Below, piece after piece: positions 53,310-54,596 of a stretch of 54,596 nt of DNA. The stretch lies in the NCBI GenBank assembly GCA_001701115.1, contig DAAJ01000122.1, forward strand, positions 30,545 through 85,140. The letters run 5' to 3'. Both the position numbers and the translations under genes were made by a program. Position 1 is the stretch's first letter. Every line of letters begins with the position of its first letter. The notes below the pieces were generated by a model. The model made no database searches. It had not been told where the DNA came from and saw only the letters and a list, made by a program, of their open reading frames with translations. This DNA comes from Bacteroidales bacterium GP2. Lineage in GTDB: Bacteria; Bacteroidota; Bacteroidia; Bacteroidales; Muribaculaceae.

Positions 53310-54494
53310 ATGAAGCTACTACAGGCGAAACTTTCAAAGTACACTGCGCCTCAGGAAGCCAAAGCCGCCGGAATTTACCCATATTTCAGGGCAATCTCAA
53401 GCGAGCAGGATCCGGAGGTTGTTATCAACGGCAAGAAGGTGCTAATGTTCGGTTCAAACTGTTATTCAGGTCTTGTCAATGACCCTCGCATCAAAGAAGC
53501 CGCAATTAAAGCTACCCGTAAATATGGCACCGGATGCGCCGGTTCTCCTTTCCTTAACGGTACTCTCGACCTTCATAAGAAACTTGAAGCGGCTATTGCT
53601 GAGTATATTGGCAAAGAAGATGTGATGATTTATTCCAGTGGATTTGAAGTAAACCTTGGAGTCGTTTCAGCACTTACCGGACGTGAAGATTACATCTTAT
53701 GGGATGAACAGGACCATGCCTCTATCATTGAAGGTCGACGCCTGTCATTCAGCCAGTCGTTGAAATATAAGCACAATGATATGGAGTCGCTTGAAAAGCA
53801 GCTTCAGAAATGTGACCCTGACAAGGTGAAACTAATAGTGACAGACGGTGTGTTCTCTATGGAAGGGGACGTTGCAAATGTCAAGGAGATAGTGAAACTT
53901 GCAAAAAAATACGATGCTACCATCATGGTGGATGAAGCACATGGCATCGGAGTATTTGGTCCTGGTGGTCGTGGCGTTTGTCACCACTATGGTGTTGCTG
54001 ATGATGTAGACCTTATTATGGGTACATTCTCAAAATCCTTTGCCTCACTCGGTGGATTTATCGCAACTGATAAAGAGATAACCAATTTCCTTCGTCATCA
54101 CTCTCGTTCATACATCTTCACTGCATCAATTACTCCTGCATCAACAGCAGCAGCTTTAAAAGCAATGGAAATCATGCAGGCTGAACCGGAAAGACAGGAA
54201 CGTTTGTGGGAACTCACCCATTATGCCCTTGACGGTTTTAGAAACATGGGATGTGAGATTGGTAACACCTCTACTCCGATTATTCCTCTATTCATACGTG
54301 ATAACTTCAAGACATTTGCTGTTACACGTGATTTGCTCGAAGAGGGTATTTTCGTGAACCCGGTTGTATCACCTGCTGTTGCTCCTCAAGACACATTGAT
54401 TCGCTTCAGCCTTATGGCAACCCATACTAAAGATCAGGTGACAACTGCACTTGAAAAAATTCAGAAAGTATTTAAAGCACATCAGATTATCTGA
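53310..54494 (+). CDS. spt: serine palmitoyltransferase (alpha-oxoamine synthase family; first step of sphingolipid synthesis)
   Basis: 394 aa. Near-collinear resemblance to my recollection of Bacteroides Spt (YPYFR, RLSFSQ.LKYKHNDM..LEKQLQKC.PD.VKLI..DGVFSMEGD, GTFSKS PLP-lysine motif, LMATHTK). Confidence 0.85.
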   Translation: MKLLQAKLSKYTAPQEAKAAGIYPYFRAISSEQDPEVVINGKKVLMFGSNCYSGLVNDPRIKEAAIKATRKYGTGCAGSPFLNGTLDLHKKLEAAIAEYIGKEDVMIYSSGFEVNLGVVSALTGREDYILWDEQDHASIIEGRRLSFSQSLKYKHNDMESLEKQLQKCDPDKVKLIVTDGVFSMEGDVANVKEIVKLAKKYDATIMVDEAHGIGVFGPGGRGVCHHYGVADDVDLIMGTFSKSFASLGGFIATDKEITNFLRHHSRSYIFTASITPASTAAALKAMEIMQAEPERQERLWELTHYALDGFRNMGCEIGNTSTPIIPLFIRDNFKTFAVTRDLLEEGIFVNPVVSPAVAPQDTLIRFSLMATHTKDQVTTALEKIQKVFKAHQII

Positions 54495-54517
54495 TACGTA
54501 TCGTATCCTAAAAAAGT

Positions 54518-54546
54518 AAAGCCTGGATCAGTCCAGGCTTTTTTTA
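54518..54546 (+). terminator. intrinsic terminator of spt
   Basis: AAAGCCTGGA (54518-27) pairs with TCCAGGCTTT (54532-41) across a TCAG loop, followed by a T-run. Confidence 0.85.
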
Positions 54547-54596
54547 TTGGTATTCGCGTAAATGAACTATTGCTGTCCGATAAAAGTTCGCGATAG

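Noticed and set aside
1-54596. I scanned for tRNA, rRNA, tmRNA and RNase P signatures, CRISPR repeats, IS or transposase genes, integrases, restriction-modification or toxin-antitoxin-type defence genes, and large direct repeats.
   Set aside because: I recognised none by eye. No T-loop GGTTCGAATCC-like sequence occurs in a cloverleaf context, there are no regularly spaced repeats, and there are no recombinase-like ORFs. A computational scan (tRNAscan-SE, Infernal/Rfam, a CRISPR finder, self-dotplot) would be needed for certainty.
54567-54596. The possible 3' end of a minus-strand gene running off the right edge (9 open codons, then TAG at 54567-69). Likewise the possible 3' end of a plus-strand gene at 1-22.
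   Set aside because: Both are far too short to assign. Their position next to terminator hairpins is the only support.

Overview
This 54.6 kb window looks like a Bacteroidota (Bacteroidales-like) chromosome. The evidence is the TAnnTTTG promoter motif, type V pilus genes, spt, and several Bacteroidetes-typical DUF families. It is densely coding, with about 50 CDS. I saw no rRNA, tRNA, CRISPR array or IS element by eye. Most of it is housekeeping: pta-ackA-ddh; lipid genes (an NTP-transferase/CDP-alcohol transferase pair, lpxH, cdsA, spt); HU-bS22-RNase G; purM; aspS; a four-subunit 2-oxoacid:ferredoxin oxidoreductase plus a free ferredoxin; a GH29 fucosidase; and a tricorn-like protease. Two modules look accessory. 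(i) A compact five-gene polysaccharide-export-like operon (10703-16909) combines Wza, a Wzy/ligase-like protein, a Wzc-like protein with a dead kinase domain, a radical SAM/SPASM-like enzyme and one DUF1972-GT4. It has no initiating transferase, flippase or UpxY. (ii) A type V pilus-like operon (25746-29097) consists of an OmpA-like/DUF3575 barrel, DUF5119 and a fimbrillin, and the fimbrillin is frameshifted. The non-coding highlights are a preQ1-I-like pseudoknot riboswitch immediately upstream of the queuosine-precursor transporter, two orphan promoter-plus-terminator units (candidate sRNAs), 14 correctly placed TAnnTTTG promoter motifs and many intrinsic terminators. Three plausible genes fall below the 60-aa cut-off of the ORF track: a bS22-like 29-aa ribosomal protein, a 55-aa 2x[4Fe-4S] ferredoxin and a 57-aa membrane peptide. 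All family assignments come from recalled motif and sequence resemblance. No database search was run.
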